From contig JALAGF010005657.1 of NCBI GenBank assembly GCA_030167865.1, forward strand, positions 62,001 to 94,130: 32,130 nucleotides of DNA, in the 5' to 3' direction. Origin of the DNA: Craspedostauros australis. Lineage: Eukaryota. The notes under the pieces were generated by a model that had not been told where the DNA came from, did no database searches, and worked only from the letters and a program-made list of their open reading frames with translations. Within the stretch, counting starts at the first letter, position 1, and every line of letters begins with the position of its first letter. Both the position numbers and the translations under genes were made by a program. Of the stretch, positions 30,401-32,130 are shown in pieces.

Positions 30401-30558
30401 CACAAATGCACACGCCACAAATCCCATTTACAAACAAATTGGCGTCGCTGGACGAACCGAGCTCGAGTGTTGGTGTTGGTGAAAGTGGAGGCGGCGACTG
30501 CGAAGACAGCGAAGAAATACACGGTCTCGGGGATGCGACCAACATCGTCGAGATCTGA
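27478..30558 (+). CDS. HSF: heat shock transcription factor (HSF DNA-binding domain), 2 exons, about 961 aa
   Basis: First ATG at 27478 (the ORF track starts at a TTG). Exons 27478-28636 and 28832-30558. DBD PFPLKLHTLL...IIGWNPDGRSFRI...YFNQSKYKSF|QRQLNLYDFQR...YAHPLF, plus a polyQ N-terminus and basic NLS-like patches. Confidence 0.92.
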   Translation: MTKLRQQQVGQPGQTQQHLHQHLLLLQQLQRQQHSATSASTINGSILPHQPQLQQQQQLQRFQQQHGPALSQAIGTHSGHNAHVSSGPSATGIAGANQLPTELMLYLALQQQQQLQQQQQNGTSGTGTDIARAQMQQVMTTQTPQNSLPIRNANVDTMYPPMHVPFLTAHVGHAAQYPSSNNCDRGQQPLSPSLNLDPRKPAHPSMASDCTAFGQEHAGYVAAGVGGDRKAGLPARRATPQSCASPYSGSASSPPEKSGSLGISRDVNGNGAGNDVASRPASGTATKPAKRSAKKQTKRNAKRDAKSHASQSSATTKKKRLDPQSKQWIKLPFPLKLHTLLTVLEDDGLSSIIGWNPDGRSFRIRDQQRFADSIMTTYFNQSKYKSCKCHPTASHHNSRILAFRNSDDIASVADSHLAVHSALPNMSPHHYYDRHQHHQHSVTTLSYNCHVVQRQLNLYDFQRAQAGKLSRSYAHPLFVKHDDAGASRMVRRKNKKLKSKDALERSPSADKTVPAVSPTNSTVPAAPLAPSATKKQRPCKSAQQQQRRKTPSKADAATTVESAPKSTNRPPASTITDGDRAMADQTVAKQMQAGQSNAATSARSMKMRGITNNGMNLNPGPTNVPSFASANSTSLQALAKGKGIDPKTLAMVLAMSRSGAELASNLELAVGTSRGSLAVAQNGNEGRYEHRTSEVAISAPASGLHSRDVLAPQMHRAEMAQMRRSNSIVGSNGNNQQNGQRSNLPNQFSELRSPSSHLASSLASFDSAPVHKFATGAQPTAMPAKGRIQESKMVTPLLTGANLSLLKSPAHSSFQTDRFNDGRGISSVQLPQSFSNPDLPPSRQGMQVGIDDNDSIESIEDLTPLMADGVPGNDFGPGWDIPGARTTFDDHQPRASAQPFASGAGAAMMVSTPSQAVRQSSAVHGRRTVDDLCMQHAVRATGSQDVKVAMRAATRKAPAVPSPSRAQPGTHETAPQMHTPQIPFTNKLASLDEPSSSVGVGESGGGDCEDSEEIHGLGDATNIVEI
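28637..28831 (+). other. intron in HSF DNA-binding domain (195 nt, GT-AG, in frame, no stop)
   Basis: TCA T|GTAAGT...CGTAG|TC CAA. Removal restores SFQRQLN. Confidence 0.9.
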
Positions 30559-31248
30559 TGTGAAGATGAAGCCAACGCAGATGGCATCTACGAGGGGAGT
30601 ACTAGCTATGAGTAGGCGTGGGACCAGTGTACGAGTAGCTCGTAGGATGGAGCTGTCACGCATCTACGAGAATTGAGATTGGAGCATCTTGGCCGCACAG
30701 TCCAAGAATGGCGGTGGTCTTTCATGCAGCAGAGCTCTCATGTACTCGTACGTGTACGCAAAAGAAATCTCTCTAGCTATAAGGTATGGCATGGTTCTTG
30801 GCTCTCGCACCTTACCTCCTACACACGAGTACGAATCCAGGTGAGCAGACCTTCCCTAATGCCATTTGGCGAATAAACTAGAATTGTAGGTCCATTATCA
30901 GCACGCGCTGCGGCAGTTGTCCCTGTCAGTATCTGTGAGGGTGATAGTGTGATGCTATGATGTTATACTGTGTGTAGGATGAGGATCGGAGAGGATTATG
31001 AGGACAGGAGACGGATGGCTCTGTGTCTCCTCCTGTGTGAGGGCCTTGCGGACCGTCTGTCCTTTGTCAGGCCCATGGGTATGCCAACACCCCCCCCCAC
31101 GCTGACGATCGTCAGCGGAAAAAATACCAGTTTCGCAAAGGCAAAGAAAGAAATCCACATGTCCCACGCAAGTATAGGTGGGACCATATCATCATACGGG
31201 TGCTGGAAGTTGTATGCAATCGGCTCGTGAATTGTGCACGTTCGAAGA

Positions 31249-31298
31249 NNNNNNNNNNNNNNNNNNNNNNNNNNNNNNNNNNNNNNNNNNNNNNNNNN
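31249..31298. other. assembly gap (50 N)
   Basis: Run of N. True size and adjacency are unknown. Confidence 0.99.
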
Positions 31299-31433
31299 CT
31301 CAAGCGTGGAAGTAGGTTGCTTGAATATCCTTGCTCGAAGCCAGTCAACAACGAGGATGAGCTCGTATGTTCTCGAAAATTGACGGCGAATGCGCAAATG
31401 CCGATGTGCGAAACGTCCAGATGGTGGATCTCG

Positions 31434-32130
31434 TTAGGCTTGACTTGCACGATAGCAAGCAATGTTTGCGAAACCACCCAACCCATCGGGCAAGGCCGAA
31501 TAGGGTTGAGTTACACCGGCATGATCACAACATGCTCCAAGGGCCGGATCCGCTGGGACCCATAAGTGGGTACTACCATAGAGTACAGTGGTGGGCGGAT
31601 CATCCTTGAGACGCACCAAGCACAGATCCCATGCTTGGGATGTGCAACCATCAAGTCGTCCAGGTGGGGTGTAGGTATGGTACCCACCATGACGCCGACG
31701 ATTGGACTCGTCCGACTTGAGCCGATCTGCGAGACCACACAAAATGATGTCAGAACCGTGTTCTGCGATGGGCTCGAAAATGTCACTGGGATCCGTGCTC
31801 AAGCCAATGGGAGGCGAGCGTGCATCGTCGAGATCTTTGCTGCGAAGGTTCGGCGGAACACCAGTGTCAGCAAAATTCTCGTTCGGAACAAGAGGCGGAG
31901 GCGCGTTGTGGCCATCAACACCGTTGTGATCGTTCGCACTGTGGATGCGCTGCACAGCCATGGTGTGGTTGTCACCAACGCCGTCGTCACGGAAGCAAGC
32001 GTGGTCATGCGAAACACAGCGGCTGTGGGTGCGCTGGACTGCAAGCGAATGGCCATCATCAGGATGGTTGATGCCGATGTTGCGACAAGATGATGTTGAT
32101 GCCAATGGCGTACGTGCATGGAAGACGGAG
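31434..32130 (-). CDS. possible 3' end of an unknown gene entering from the right edge
   Basis: The frame of ORF 31434..32105 stays open to the window edge (over 230 codons). Low-complexity sequence with an internal repeat HSLAVQRTHS / HTMAVQRIHS. No recognisable domain. Confidence 0.3.
   Translation of the reverse strand, partial: SVFHARTPLASTSSCRNIGINHPDDGHSLAVQRTHSRCVSHDHACFRDDGVGDNHTMAVQRIHSANDHNGVDGHNAPPPLVPNENFADTGVPPNLRSKDLDDARSPPIGLSTDPSDIFEPIAEHGSDIILCGLADRLKSDESNRRRHGGYHTYTPPGRLDGCTSQAWDLCLVRLKDDPPTTVLYGSTHLWVPADPALGACCDHAGVTQPYSALPDGLGGFANIACYRASQA

Noticed and set aside
31460..31500. PMGWVVS on the minus strand, resembling the reverse-transcriptase LPMGW..SP motif
   Set aside because: No downstream YxDD or other RT motifs, and a nearby upstream stop. 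Too little to call a retroelement.

Overview
Gene-dense eukaryotic nuclear DNA, most likely a diatom. Evidence: GT-AG introns, an ASAFAP-like plastid-targeting presequence and RXL-type propeptide motifs. The species cannot be determined from the sequence. Ten protein-coding genes are supported: a BTB/POZ-like gene running off the left edge (missed by the ORF track), an unknown type-I membrane protein, a probably plastid-targeted stand-alone Lon N-domain protein, an ACOT9-like acyl-CoA thioesterase, two head-to-head paralogous single-pass membrane proteins, a secreted Cys/RXL protein, a 3-exon P5A ATPase (Spf1/ATP13A1), a 2-exon atypical NAD(P)-binding Rossmann protein and a 2-exon heat-shock factor. 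There is a 50-N gap and a possible partial gene at the right edge. The most interesting feature is the divergent paralog pair at 7919-15605 with the adjacent secreted protein. Their architecture resembles silicalemma-associated (SAP-like) proteins, but that identity is a hypothesis. Other oddities are an extra TM helix and luminal-looking ..SDEF tail on the P5A ATPase, a SAP/HeH-like insertion in its P domain, and a stop-free in-frame intron inside the HSF recognition helix. No rRNA, tRNA, CRISPR array or convincing mobile element was seen.
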